A DNA stretch of 34,814 bases, taken from Pseudonocardia sp. Its GTDB lineage: Bacteria > Actinomycetota > Actinomycetes > Mycobacteriales > Pseudonocardiaceae. The DNA is taken from the NCBI GenBank assembly GCA_035645455.1, contig DASQMQ010000339.1, positions 1 through 34,814 of the forward strand, read 5' to 3'. Shown piece by piece: positions 1 to 8,811 of the stretch. The translations under genes and the position numbers were made by a program. How positions within the stretch are numbered: position 1 is the first letter of the stretch; the number at the start of each line of letters is the position of its first letter. The notes under the pieces are model-generated. The model saw only the letters and a list, made by a program, of their open reading frames with translations, did no database searches and was not told the DNA's origin.

Positions 1-40
1 TACCCGTCCTCCTGCCCGGACGGTCCGGGCGCTGGCCTGA
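1..40 (+). CDS. folP: 3' end of dihydropteroate synthase-like protein (FolP2-like), partial
   Basis: Frame from nt 2 reads TRPPARTVRALA-stop (TGA 38-40), like the actinobacterial FolP2 C-terminus; folP2 precedes gpgS in mycobacteria (Rv1207-Rv1208). Only 12 codons visible. Confidence 0.55.
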   Translation, partial: TRPPARTVRALA

Positions 41-94
41 CCGCTCACCGGCAGCGTGGCCGTCCCCCCGACCCCGCAGCAGCCAGGAGAGCCG

Positions 95-1024
95 ATGGAC
101 GCCAGCACCGAGGAATGGTTCGCCCGCCGCACCTGGCAGGAGCCGCGGTGGACGGTCGGAGAGCTGGTGGCGGCCAAGGCCGGCCGACGGGTGTCGGTGG
201 TGCTGCCGGCGCTGGACGAGGAGGCGACGGTCGGGGCGATCGTGGCGGCCATCGTCCCGCTGACCCGCGGCCCGGCCCCGCTGGTCGACGAGCTGGTGGT
301 GATGGACTCCGGGTCGACCGACCGCACGGTGGAGCTGGCCGCTGCGGCCGGCGCCCGGGTGGTGCTGCGCACCGAGGTCGTCGCGCACCTGGAGCCGCGC
401 CCCGGCAAGGGCGAGGTGCTGTGGCGGTCGCTGGCCGCCACCACCGGCGACGTGGTCTGCTACCTGGACTCCGACCTGGTCGACTTCGACCCCGGGTTCG
501 TGCCGGCGCTGCTCGGCCCGCTGCTCACCGAGCCCGGTGTCGGGTTGGTCAAGGGCTTCTACCGGCGCCCGCTGCGGCTGGAGACCACCCAGGCCGACAC
601 CGGTGGCGGTCGGGTCACCGAGCTGCTGGTCCGCCCGCTGCTGGCGGCGCTGCGCCCGGAGCTGGCCGGGATCGTGCAGCCGCTGGGCGGCGAGTACGCC
701 GGCACCCGCGAGCTGCTGGAGTCGCTGCCGTTCGCGTCCGGCTACGGGGTGGAGATCGGGCTGCTGCTCGACACCTACACCGCGCTCGGCATGGACGGCC
801 TGGCCCAGGTGAACCTGGGCGTGCGCAAGCACCGCAACCGGTCGCTGGTGCAGCTCGGCGCGATGGCCCGGCAGATCCTGGCCGCCGCGCTGGCCCGCTG
901 CGGCGTGCCCGACGCCGGTGGCGACCTGGTCCAGTTCCTCCAGGTGGACGGCGAGTGGCTGCCGAACTCGACCTCCGTCGCCACGGCCGAGCGCCCGCCG
1001 ATGCGCGAGGTGCTGGTGCGCTGA
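95..1024 (+). CDS. gpgS: Glucosyl-3-phosphoglycerate synthase (GT-A)
   Basis: SVVLPALDEE, DSGSTD, GKGEVLW, DSD, GGRVTEL, QPLGGEY, GYGVEIG, RKHRNR motifs; ATG 95 follows AGGAGAG SD; Rv1208 synteny. Confidence 0.9.
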   Translation: MDASTEEWFARRTWQEPRWTVGELVAAKAGRRVSVVLPALDEEATVGAIVAAIVPLTRGPAPLVDELVVMDSGSTDRTVELAAAAGARVVLRTEVVAHLEPRPGKGEVLWRSLAATTGDVVCYLDSDLVDFDPGFVPALLGPLLTEPGVGLVKGFYRRPLRLETTQADTGGGRVTELLVRPLLAALRPELAGIVQPLGGEYAGTRELLESLPFASGYGVEIGLLLDTYTALGMDGLAQVNLGVRKHRNRSLVQLGAMARQILAAALARCGVPDAGGDLVQFLQVDGEWLPNSTSVATAERPPMREVLVR

Positions 1025-1044
1025 ACCGTGCGGCTCGTGGTGAG

Positions 1045-1428
1045 ATGGTCACCGTGGGCACGGCACTGATCTACCTGCTGGTCGTGGCCGCGGTGGCCGC
1101 GGTGGTGTTCGGGCTGGCCGCGCTGGTGTTCGGGCGCGGCGAGGAGCTCGCCCCGCTGCCTCCGGGGGCCACCCCGACCCGGCTGCCACCCGGCGAGGTG
1201 TCCGGTGCCGACGTGCGCGGACTGCGGTTCCAGCAGGCGGTGCGCGGCTACCGGATGGACGAGGTGGACTGGGCGCTCGGCCGGCTGGCCGACGAGCTGG
1301 ACCGCGGCGCGACCGAGCGCGAGCACCTGCTGGCCCGGTTGGCGCAGCTGGAGGCCGGGCGGGCCGTCGAGACGGCCGGCCCGGGCGGGAACGGCCGGCA
1401 CAGCCCGGCGGAGGAGGGACAGCCGTGA
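1045..1428 (+). CDS. DivIVA domain-containing membrane protein (Rv1209-like)
   Basis: N-terminal TM helix, then F..AVRGYRMDEVD DivIVA signature; 3' part of ORF 115..1428; start at 1045 or 1054. Confidence 0.85.
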   Translation: MVTVGTALIYLLVVAAVAAVVFGLAALVFGRGEELAPLPPGATPTRLPPGEVSGADVRGLRFQQAVRGYRMDEVDWALGRLADELDRGATEREHLLARLAQLEAGRAVETAGPGGNGRHSPAEEGQP

Positions 1429-1895
1429 ACCGGCGCACCGAGCTCACCGTGGCCGTGGACGTCGACGCCCCGGCGGGGACGTCCTGGCAGACCCTGACCG
1501 ACTGGCCGGCCCAGGGCGAGTGGATGCTCGGCACCACCGTCCGGGTGATCGGCGGGGGAGCGGGCCGGCACGCCGGGGCCCGCCTGCACGCGGTCACCGG
1601 GGTGGGCCCGATCGGCATCCCGGACACCATGGAGCTGGTCGAGTGGGACCCGCCGCGGCGCTGCGTGGTGCAGCACACCGGGAAGATCGTCCGTGGGGCC
1701 GGGGTGTTCGAGGTGGTCGAACTGGGCCCGCAGCGCTCCCAGATCGTCTGGACCGAGCTGCTGGAGCTGCCGCTGGGGGTGCTGGGCCGGCTGGGCTGGC
1801 CGGTGGTGCGCCCGCTGTTCCGGCTCGGCGTGCGGGTGTCGCTGGACCGGCTGGCGCGCCGCTGCGCCGCGGCGCACCGGGTCGGTCGTGCCTGA
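1425..1895 (+). CDS. SRPBCC (START-like) family protein
   Basis: W..LTDW..QGEWM and VEWDPPRRC motifs; GTGA overlap with the upstream stop. Confidence 0.8.
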   Translation: MNRRTELTVAVDVDAPAGTSWQTLTDWPAQGEWMLGTTVRVIGGGAGRHAGARLHAVTGVGPIGIPDTMELVEWDPPRRCVVQHTGKIVRGAGVFEVVELGPQRSQIVWTELLELPLGVLGRLGWPVVRPLFRLGVRVSLDRLARRCAAAHRVGRA

Positions 1896-2469
1896 CCACG
1901 GGGCTGGACGCGGGGTCGGGCTGGCCCGCTGCGGGTGGGTCGGCAGTGCCCCGGAGTACGTCGCCTACCACGACGACGAGTGGGGCCACCCGCTGCGCGG
2001 GGTCGCGCCGATGTTCGAGCGGGTCAGCCTGGAGGCCTTCCAGTCCGGGCTGTCCTGGCTGGTGATCCTGCGCAAGCGGGCCGCGTTCCGGGCCGGGTTC
2101 GCCGGGTTCGACCCGGCGGCGGTCGCCGCCTTCGGGCCGGCCGACGTCGCCCGGCTGCTCGCCGACGCCGGCATCGTGCGCAACCGCGCCAAGATCGAGG
2201 CGACGATCCACAACGCCGGTCGGGTGCTGGACCTCGACGTGCCGCTCGACGAGCTGCTCTGGTCGTTCGCCCCGGACGCGACCGCGCGCCGGCGGCCGGT
2301 GGACCTGACCGAGGTGCCGGCGACGACCGCGGAGTCCACCGCGATGGCCCGCGAGCTCAAGCGCCGCGGGTTCCGGTTCGTCGGCCCGACGACGTGCTAC
2401 GCGCTCATGCAGGCCTGTGGACTGGTCGACGACCACGTCCAGGGGTGCTGGCGGGCAGCGACGCCGTAG
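1888..2469 (+). CDS. tagA: DNA-3-methyladenine glycosylase I
   Basis: RCGW, YHDDEWG, LEAFQSGLSW, GIVRNRAKI, GFRFVGPTT, MQACGLVDDH..GC; GTG 1888 overlaps the previous gene. Confidence 0.92.
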   Translation: MPDHGAGRGVGLARCGWVGSAPEYVAYHDDEWGHPLRGVAPMFERVSLEAFQSGLSWLVILRKRAAFRAGFAGFDPAAVAAFGPADVARLLADAGIVRNRAKIEATIHNAGRVLDLDVPLDELLWSFAPDATARRRPVDLTEVPATTAESTAMARELKRRGFRFVGPTTCYALMQACGLVDDHVQGCWRAATP

Positions 2470-2609
2470 TCGCACAGGGTGAACGCTCCGGCGAGTTGAT
2501 CGCTCCCGCTTCGCTCGCGTCGGGCCGATGGGGAAAGATGTTCGCAGCATCCCGCCGCGCGCTCTCCCCGCGTTGCGGCACCCTGCAACGACGACAGAGG
2601 AGGCAGGAG

Positions 2610-2777
2610 ATGGCGGCGATGAAGCCCCGGACCGGTGACGGTCCCCTGGAGGTGACCAAGGAGGGTCGGGGCATCGTGATGCGCGTTCCCCTCGAGGGCG
2701 GTGGCCGACTGGTGGTCGAGATGTCGGCCGAGGAGGCCGGCGACCTGGGCGACGCCCTCAAGGCCGCGGCCGGCTGA
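2610..2777 (+). CDS. DUF3117 small protein (Rv1211-like), 55 aa
   Basis: MAAMKPRTGDGPLEVTKEGRGIVMRVPLEGGGRLVVE; GAGGAGGCAGGAG SD. Confidence 0.92.
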   Translation: MAAMKPRTGDGPLEVTKEGRGIVMRVPLEGGGRLVVEMSAEEAGDLGDALKAAAG

Positions 2778-2821
2778 CGGCCCACCCCACCCCCTCCGCG
2801 ACGTCGCGGGCCGGCATCCTG

Positions 2822-2864
2822 CGAACGGCACTTCTGCATGGTCATCGTGCAGAGGTGCCGTTCG
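2822..2864. terminator. 19-bp hairpin between convergent genes (bidirectional terminator or REP-like element)
   Basis: CGAACGGCACTTCTGCATG-gtcat-CGTGCAGAGGTGCCGTTCG, with 2 G:U pairs on the plus strand. Confidence 0.65.
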
Positions 2865-2886
2865 TGCTTCCCGGGCCGGCCGGCCG

Positions 2887-2919
2887 GGGATCAGGCAGGG
2901 ATCAGGCCGGGGATCAGGC
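2887..2919. repeat. 3x GGGATCAGGC tandem repeat containing the stop codon of 2914..3114
   Basis: Copies at 2887, 2898 and 2910. Confidence 0.8.
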
Positions 2920-3114
2920 CAGGGCTTCGGCGTGCAGGGGTTCGCGGCTGTCGAGGTGGACGAGTTCGATCGCGACCGACCCGCACGGGCAGCGTCGGTA
3001 GCGCACCCAGCCCTCCGACGTGTGGTGCGTGGACAGCACCCGCGCCTCGTCGATCGGCCACTCGCAACGCGCGCAACGCGGGCGCGCGCTCTCCTCCCGG
3101 TAAGCTGTGTTCAC
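2914..3114 (-). CDS. Small Cys/His putative zinc-binding protein, 66 aa
   Basis: CARCEWP...STHHTSEGWVRYRRCPCG (CxxC, H, CxC); divergent from the CGNR gene. Confidence 0.7.
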   Translation of the reverse strand: MNTAYREESARPRCARCEWPIDEARVLSTHHTSEGWVRYRRCPCGSVAIELVHLDSREPLHAEALA

Positions 3115-3174
3115 GCTTCACATCTTACACGCCGGACGCCTCGGAGTAATGCCCCAATGGACTTCATCGGTTAC
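3100..3174. promoter_or_regulatory. Two GTAA-N12-CTTCA-N4-TTAC boxes (putative operator pair)
   Basis: 3100-3128 GTAAgctgtgttcacgCTTCAcatcTTAC and 3146-3174 GTAAtgccccaatggaCTTCAtcggTTAC; each covers one divergent start codon. Confidence 0.6.
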
Positions 3175-3714
3175 CGCAGCGATGCCCTCGGGGCCGCCGT
3201 CGAGTTGGTGAACGCGATCACCCCGGCGCGCGGTGCCGCCGCCGACGACGCGCCAGCGGCCGCGGACCGGATGCGCGTGGCGCTGCAGGCCCACGGCTAC
3301 CTCGCCGCGCGCGAGCCGGCCGCGGTGGAGCCGCCGCTGCGGGCGTGGGCGCGCAGGCTGCGCACCGTGTTCGACGCCGAGGACCTGGACGCCGCCGCAG
3401 CCGCGGTCAACGCGCTGCTGGCCGACGTCCGGGTGGAGCCGCACCTGTCGGGCCACGACGGCCGGCCGTGGCACCTGCACTACTCCCCGCCGGAGGCCGG
3501 ACTGGTCGAGCGGGTGCGGTCCACCACGGCGTTCGCGCTGGCGATGCTGGTCTCCGAGTACGGCACCGACCGGCACGGGAGGTGCGCGGCCGAGGGCTGC
3601 CTGCGGGTGTTCGCCGACACCTCCCGCAACGCCGCCCGCCGCTACTGCTCCAGCGCGTGCGCGAACCGGTCGGCCGTCGCCGCCCACCGCGCCCGCGCCA
3701 AGGGTCGGGCGTGA
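3157..3714 (+). CDS. CGNR zinc finger / ABATE domain protein (putative regulator)
   Basis: AAVELVN, PHLSGHDG..WHLH, CAAEGC..VF.DTSRN..RRYCS..CANR..VAAHRAR. Confidence 0.9.
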   Translation: MDFIGYRSDALGAAVELVNAITPARGAAADDAPAAADRMRVALQAHGYLAAREPAAVEPPLRAWARRLRTVFDAEDLDAAAAAVNALLADVRVEPHLSGHDGRPWHLHYSPPEAGLVERVRSTTAFALAMLVSEYGTDRHGRCAAEGCLRVFADTSRNAARRYCSSACANRSAVAAHRARAKGRA

Positions 3715-3718
3715 GAGT

Positions 3719-4903
3719 TCACGCCGGGGCCTGGACCTCCACGCACGAGCGGTAGATCTCGACGGTCCGGGCGGCGGCCTGCGGCCAGGCGAAGTCCCGT
3801 TCCGCGCGGGCCCGACCGGTGGCACCCATCGCCGCGGCCCGGGCCGGGTCGGCGAGCAGGGTGTTGACCGCGCTCGCCAGGCCGGACCGGAACTCGGCCT
3901 CGGCGTGCGCGTCGTAGTGCACGAGCAGGCCGGTCTCCCCGTCGGCCACCACCTCCGGGATGCCGCCGACGTCGGAGGCCACCACCGCGGTGCCGCAGGC
4001 CATGGCCTCCAGGTTGACGATGCCCAGCGGCTCGTACACCGACGGGCAGACGAACACCGTGGCCGCGGAGAGCAGCTGGCGGATCTCCGCGGTGGGCAGC
4101 ATCCGGCGCACCCACACCACGCCCGGCCGGGCCGCGCTCAGCTCGGCCACCGCCGCCGCGGTCTCCGCGGCGATCTCCGGGGTGTCCGGGGCGCCCGCGC
4201 ACAGCACGATCTGGGCGGCCGGGTCGATGTCGTGGGCCGCGGCCACCAGGTGCCCGAGGCCCTTCTGCCGGGTGATCCGGCCGACGAACACCACGCTGGG
4301 CCGGTCCGGGTCGACCCCGGCCGAGCGGACCGCGTCCCGGCCCGGGTCGGGGTGGTAGAAGCCGGTGTCGATGCCGTTGTGCACCACGTGCACCCGGGCC
4401 GGGTCCAGCGCCGGGTAGCAGTCCAGCACGTCGCGGCGCATGCCCTCGCTCACCGCGATCACCGCGTCGGCGTGCTCGTACGCGGTGCGCTCCACCCAGG
4501 AGGAGAGCCGGTAGCCGCCGCCGAGCTGCTCGGCCTTCCACGGCCGGCGCGGCTCCAGCGAGTGCGCCGTCACCACGTGCGGGATGCCGTGCAGGACCTT
4601 GGCCAGGTGCCCGGCCATGTTGGCGTACCAGGTGTGCGAGTGCGCCAGGTCGAGCCCGCCCAGCGCGGCGACCATCGACAGGTCGACGCCGAGGGTCTGC
4701 AGCGCCGCGTTCGCCCCGGCCAGCTCGTCCGGCGTGCGGTGGGCGTGCACCGCGGCCCCGCCGACGTCGGGCCGCGGCTCGCCGAAGCAGTGCACCTCCA
4801 CCTCGGTCAGCTCGGTCAGTGCCGGGACCAAGTGCTCGACGTGCACCCCCGCCCCGCCGTAGACATCCGGGGGGAACTCTCGGGTGAGCAGTCCGATGCG
4901 CAC
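3719..4903 (-). CDS. glgA: Glycogen synthase / alpha-maltose-1-phosphate synthase (GlgM/GlgA, GT4)
   Basis: RIGLLTREFPPDVYGGAGVHV, HSHTWY, PWKAEQLGGGY, FVGRITRQKG, EPLGIVNLEAMA; divergent from glgC as Rv1212c; TACCGT -10 lies 7 nt before GTG. Confidence 0.92.
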   Translation of the reverse strand: MRIGLLTREFPPDVYGGAGVHVEHLVPALTELTEVEVHCFGEPRPDVGGAAVHAHRTPDELAGANAALQTLGVDLSMVAALGGLDLAHSHTWYANMAGHLAKVLHGIPHVVTAHSLEPRRPWKAEQLGGGYRLSSWVERTAYEHADAVIAVSEGMRRDVLDCYPALDPARVHVVHNGIDTGFYHPDPGRDAVRSAGVDPDRPSVVFVGRITRQKGLGHLVAAAHDIDPAAQIVLCAGAPDTPEIAAETAAAVAELSAARPGVVWVRRMLPTAEIRQLLSAATVFVCPSVYEPLGIVNLEAMACGTAVVASDVGGIPEVVADGETGLLVHYDAHAEAEFRSGLASAVNTLLADPARAAAMGATGRARAERDFAWPQAAARTVEIYRSCVEVQAPA

Positions 4904-5096
4904 CCCCGGGACGGTAGCCGCTCGGCCGTCGTGCCGAGGGCCGTCATCGGGGTGGTTGCCCGTGGGGTTCGCCGGATCGGACACCGGTTCCGTGTGGCCG
5001 GTCGGCTGCTCCGCGCACTAGGGTCGGCCGGGTGACGACTCCGCCGACCGGCCCGGGCTCCACGACCACCGGAGCGGCCCTGATCGGACGGTGCTC

Positions 5097-6344
5097 ATGA
5101 CGAGCGCCGGGATCTCGCCCGCCTCGCGCGGTTTCTCCGCCAACGTCCTGGGCATCGTGCTCGCCGGTGGTGAGGGCAAGCGGCTGTGGCCGCTGACCGC
5201 CGACCGGGCCAAGCCCGCGGTGCCCTTCGGCGGCAACTACCGGCTCATCGACTTCGTGCTGTCCAACCTGGTCAACGCCGGGCTGCACCGGATCTGCGTG
5301 CTGACCCAGTACAAGTCGCACTCCCTGGACCGGCACATCTCCACCACCTGGCGGCTGTCCAGCGTGCTCGGCCAGTACATCACCACGGTCCCGGCCCAGC
5401 AGCGGCTCGGCCGCCGCTGGTACACCGGCAGCGCCGACGCGATCTTCCAGAGCCTGAACCTGGTGTACGACGAGCGCCCGGACTACATCGCGGTGTTCGG
5501 CGCCGACCACGTCTACCGGATGGACCCGGGCCAGATGCTGGACCGGCACATCGAGAGCGGCGCCGGGGTCACGGTGGCCGGGATCCGGGTGCCGCGCGCC
5601 GAGGCCAAGGCGTTCGGAGTGATCAACTCCGACGAGTCCGGGCACATCGTCGACTTCCTGGAGAAGCCGTCGGACCCGCCCGGCACGCCGGACGACCCGG
5701 ACGTCACGTTCGCCTCGATGGGCAACTACGTCTTCACCACCGAGACGCTGCTGGACGCGCTGCGCGCGGACGCCGAGGACGACGACTCCGACCACGACAT
5801 GGGCGGCGACATCATCCCGCGGCTGGTCCGCGAGGGTGACGCGTACGTGTACGACTTCGCCGACAACGTGGTGCCCGGGGCGACCGACCGGGACGCCGGC
5901 TACTGGCGCGACGTCGGCACCGTGGACGCCTACTACGAGGCGCACACCGACCTGGTGTCGGTGCACCCGATCTTCAACCTGTACAACGAGCGCTGGCCGA
6001 TCCGCACCGCGTCCGCGCCGTTGCCGCCGGCCAAGTTCGTCGAGGGCGGCATCGCCCAGGACTCCATCGTCGGCGCCGGCACGATCATCTCCGGGGCCAT
6101 CGTGCGCCGGTCGGTGATCAGCCCGAACGTGCGGATCGCGGCCGGGGCCGAGGTCTCGGACTCGGTGGTGCTGCCCGGCGTCCGGGTCGGGCGGGGCGCG
6201 GTGGTGCGCGGCGCGATCCTGGACAAGAACGTGGTGGTGCCCGACGGGGCGCTGGTCGGGGTGGACCTCGGGATGGACCGCGCCCGCTACATGGTCAGCC
6301 AGGGTGGCGTCGTGGTGCTCGGCAAGGGCGTCACGGCCCTCTGA
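5097..6344 (+). CDS. glgC: Glucose-1-phosphate adenylyltransferase
   Basis: [47 protein letters not shown]-terminal beta-helix; start at 5091 or 5097. Confidence 0.95.
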   Translation: MTSAGISPASRGFSANVLGIVLAGGEGKRLWPLTADRAKPAVPFGGNYRLIDFVLSNLVNAGLHRICVLTQYKSHSLDRHISTTWRLSSVLGQYITTVPAQQRLGRRWYTGSADAIFQSLNLVYDERPDYIAVFGADHVYRMDPGQMLDRHIESGAGVTVAGIRVPRAEAKAFGVINSDESGHIVDFLEKPSDPPGTPDDPDVTFASMGNYVFTTETLLDALRADAEDDDSDHDMGGDIIPRLVREGDAYVYDFADNVVPGATDRDAGYWRDVGTVDAYYEAHTDLVSVHPIFNLYNERWPIRTASAPLPPAKFVEGGIAQDSIVGAGTIISGAIVRRSVISPNVRIAAGAEVSDSVVLPGVRVGRGAVVRGAILDKNVVVPDGALVGVDLGMDRARYMVSQGGVVVLGKGVTAL

Positions 6345-6445
6345 GCTGCCCGGCCCGCGGACGACACAGCCCTCCGATTACCCGGCCCGCCGACGGCACC
6401 GCGCCGAACGGGGGAGCGGTCCGGCCCCCCTGAACGGGTGATCTC

Positions 6446-7093
6446 TCAGCCGGCGGTCTTCACCGCGGCCAGCAGGCCGTTGCCCAACGGCAGCAGCACC
6501 GGCACCAGCCGGTCGTCGGTGCGCGCCTGGCCGGCCGCCTCGCGCAACTCGACCGGTCCCGGCCCGTCGGCCGCGGCCGGGCCGGTGACCACGGCGTCGT
6601 CGAGCACGACGATCCCGCCCACCCGCAGCAGCCGGACCGCCTCCTCCAGGTAGCGCGGGTGGTCGTCCGGCTCGGCGTCGACGAACACCAGGTCGTAGCC
6701 GCCGTCGGTGAGCCGGGGGAGCACCTCCAGGCCCATCCCGTTGATCAGCCGCAGCCGGGACGGCCCGTGCCCGGCCGCGGTGAACGCGGTGCGCGCGGTG
6801 CGCAGGTTCTCCGGGTCGATGTCGATCGAGGTCAGCACGCCGTCCGGGCTCATCCCGCGGAGCAGCCAGAGCCCGCTCACCCCGGTCCCGGTGCCGATCT
6901 CCACCACCGCCCGGGCGGCGATCGTGGCGGCCAGGAACCGCAGGCCGGCGCCGGCGCCCGGGTCGACCGGGACGCAGCCCAGCGCGTCGGCGGCGGTGCG
7001 CGCGGCGGCGACCACCTCGTCCTCGACGAGGTAGTCGTCGGCGTGCGCGCGCAGCGACCACGGGTCCACGGGCCCGTCCGGATGGCCGGTCAT
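6446..7093 (-). CDS. O-methyltransferase (Rv1220c-like)
   Basis: [35 protein letters not shown]; divergent from sigE; TAGCCT lies 7 nt before ATG. Confidence 0.9.
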   Translation of the reverse strand: MTGHPDGPVDPWSLRAHADDYLVEDEVVAAARTAADALGCVPVDPGAGAGLRFLAATIAARAVVEIGTGTGVSGLWLLRGMSPDGVLTSIDIDPENLRTARTAFTAAGHGPSRLRLINGMGLEVLPRLTDGGYDLVFVDAEPDDHPRYLEEAVRLLRVGGIVVLDDAVVTGPAAADGPGPVELREAAGQARTDDRLVPVLLPLGNGLLAAVKTAG

Positions 7094-7150
7094 GGTCGAG
7101 AGGCTACTGCGCGATCCGCCGGCGGCCCGGGCAACCTGCCGGGCCGCGGT

Positions 7151-7178
7151 TCACAGGTTCCTCTCAGACCGTTCTCAC
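7151..7178 (+). promoter_or_regulatory. Triple MprA-box-like direct repeat upstream of sigE
   Basis: TCACAG-gttcc-TCTCAG-accgt-TCTCAC with 11-bp period; matches the mycobacterial MprA box (TCTCAG-N5-TCTCAG). Confidence 0.75.
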
Positions 7179-7244
7179 CCGTCCTTCACCGGGATGCGGC
7201 ACCGTGGTGCACATCGGTCGGGGTCGTCGACCGGTGGAGGGTCG

Positions 7245-7270
7245 GGAACATCCCACGTCGGTCCTTCGTT
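7245..7270 (+). promoter_or_regulatory. SigE/SigH-type ECF promoter of sigE
   Basis: GGAAC(7245-7249)-N17-CGTT(7267-7270). Confidence 0.8.
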
Positions 7271-7310
7271 CGGCGGATGGCACGACCCGCTGCAGGAGGT
7301 GCGACCCCAG

Positions 7311-7922
7311 ATGATCGAGGGCCCCGTCACGGCGCCGAGCGGTGTCGTGCTGCCCGGCGACGACGCCGACTGGACGCCGCCGAGCTGGGACGAGGTCGTC
7401 CGGGAGCACGCCGACCGGGTCTACCGGCTCGCCTACCGGCTGACCGGCAACCCGCACGACGCCGAGGACCTCACCCAGGAGACGTTCGTCCGGGTGTTCC
7501 GCTCGCTGGCCTCCTACCGGCCCGGCACCTTCGAGGGCTGGCTGCACCGGATCACCACGAACCTGTTCCTGGACATGGTCCGCCGCCGCTCCCGGATCCG
7601 GATGGAGGCGCTGCCGGACGACTCCGACCGCATCCCCGGGCTGGGCCCGGAGCCCGAGCAGGTCTTCTCCGACACCCACCTGGACCCGGCCCTGCAGGCC
7701 GCGCTCGACGAACTGCCGCCGGAGTTCCGCGCCGCGGTCGTGCTGTGCGACGTGGAGGGGCTGTCCTACGAGGAGATCGGGGCGACGCTCGGGGTGAAGC
7801 TGGGTACCGTGCGGAGCAGGATCCACCGCGGCCGGGCGGCGCTGCGCGCAGCCCTGGAGCGACACCGGGCGGCCGCGGCGCAGGCCGCGGAAGCGACGGC
7901 GTTGGAGGAGGTCTCCGGGTGA
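7311..7922 (+). CDS. sigE: ECF RNA polymerase sigma factor SigE
   Basis: [59 protein letters not shown]; AGGAGGT SD at 7294-7300. Confidence 0.95.
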   Translation: MIEGPVTAPSGVVLPGDDADWTPPSWDEVVREHADRVYRLAYRLTGNPHDAEDLTQETFVRVFRSLASYRPGTFEGWLHRITTNLFLDMVRRRSRIRMEALPDDSDRIPGLGPEPEQVFSDTHLDPALQAALDELPPEFRAAVVLCDVEGLSYEEIGATLGVKLGTVRSRIHRGRAALRAALERHRAAAAQAAEATALEEVSG

Positions 7923-8767
7923 GCGATGGGCGCTGGCGGATCTCGGTGACCGCTCCGGACTGGGGTGAGGACCACCTCAGCCCGGAGGCCGTGGTCGCCT
8001 TCGTCGACGACGAGCTCGACCCCGGTCCCCGAGGCCGGGCCACCCGGCACGCCGCCCGCTGCCGGGAGTGCGCCGCCCAGGTGGTCGCCCAGACCCAGGC
8101 CCGGGTGGCGCTGCGCACCGCGGCGGGCCCCCCGCTGCCGTCCTCGCTGCTGAGCTCGCTGCGCTCCATCCCGCAGCAGACCGACCTGCCCGCGCCGCCG
8201 GCCGACCTCGCGGTCGACCGGGACGGCCAGATCGTCTGCCGGTCCCGGCCCGAGCCGGCCCCGCGCCGTCGCCGGCCGGTCGGCACCCCGCCGGTGGCCC
8301 CGTCGCTCGCCGCGTCGCGGCCCGGCCCGGTGACGCCTGCGGCGGCCCTGGGCGTGCGGCCCCGCGGACCGCAGACGCCGGATCGTGGTGCTGCCCACGC
8401 CGTCGACCCCGCCGATCCCGATCCCGCCGGCCTCGACCGGGTCGACCGCCCGGCCGGCCTGGCGGCGGTGTCGACCGTGCCGGCCGTGTCCACCGTGCCC
8501 GGCCACCGCCCCGGCCGCATGCGGGTGGGCACCGGCGTGGCCGTGTCCGGGCTCGCCCTCGGCGCCCTCGCCTTCGGGATCACCGCCGCCGCGCCGTCGG
8601 TGCCGGCGCCCTCGGTCGAGCGCGGCGTGCTCGGCGGGCCGGTACTGGGCGGCTCGGGTACCGGCCCGGCCGGTCTGGCCGAGGCCCGGCTGCGGCTGGG
8701 CACCTCCGCCCGCCCCGACCCGACGCCCGGCGCCGTCGACCGCGGAGCCCTGCGCGGCCTCTGGTAG
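7919..8767 (+). CDS. rseA: Anti-sigma-E factor RseA-like (ZAS domain), extended
   Basis: [15 protein letters not shown]...HAARCREC (HxxxCxxC), LLSSLRSIP, late TM segment; GTGA overlap with sigE. Confidence 0.8.
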   Translation: MSDGRWRISVTAPDWGEDHLSPEAVVAFVDDELDPGPRGRATRHAARCRECAAQVVAQTQARVALRTAAGPPLPSSLLSSLRSIPQQTDLPAPPADLAVDRDGQIVCRSRPEPAPRRRRPVGTPPVAPSLAASRPGPVTPAAALGVRPRGPQTPDRGAAHAVDPADPDPAGLDRVDRPAGLAAVSTVPAVSTVPGHRPGRMRVGTGVAVSGLALGALAFGITAAAPSVPAPSVERGVLGGPVLGGSGTGPAGLAEARLRLGTSARPDPTPGAVDRGALRGLW

Positions 8768-8811
8768 CAGCGGCTACGCGGACTTCACCGCGGGTGGGGC
8801 ACGCTGGGATC

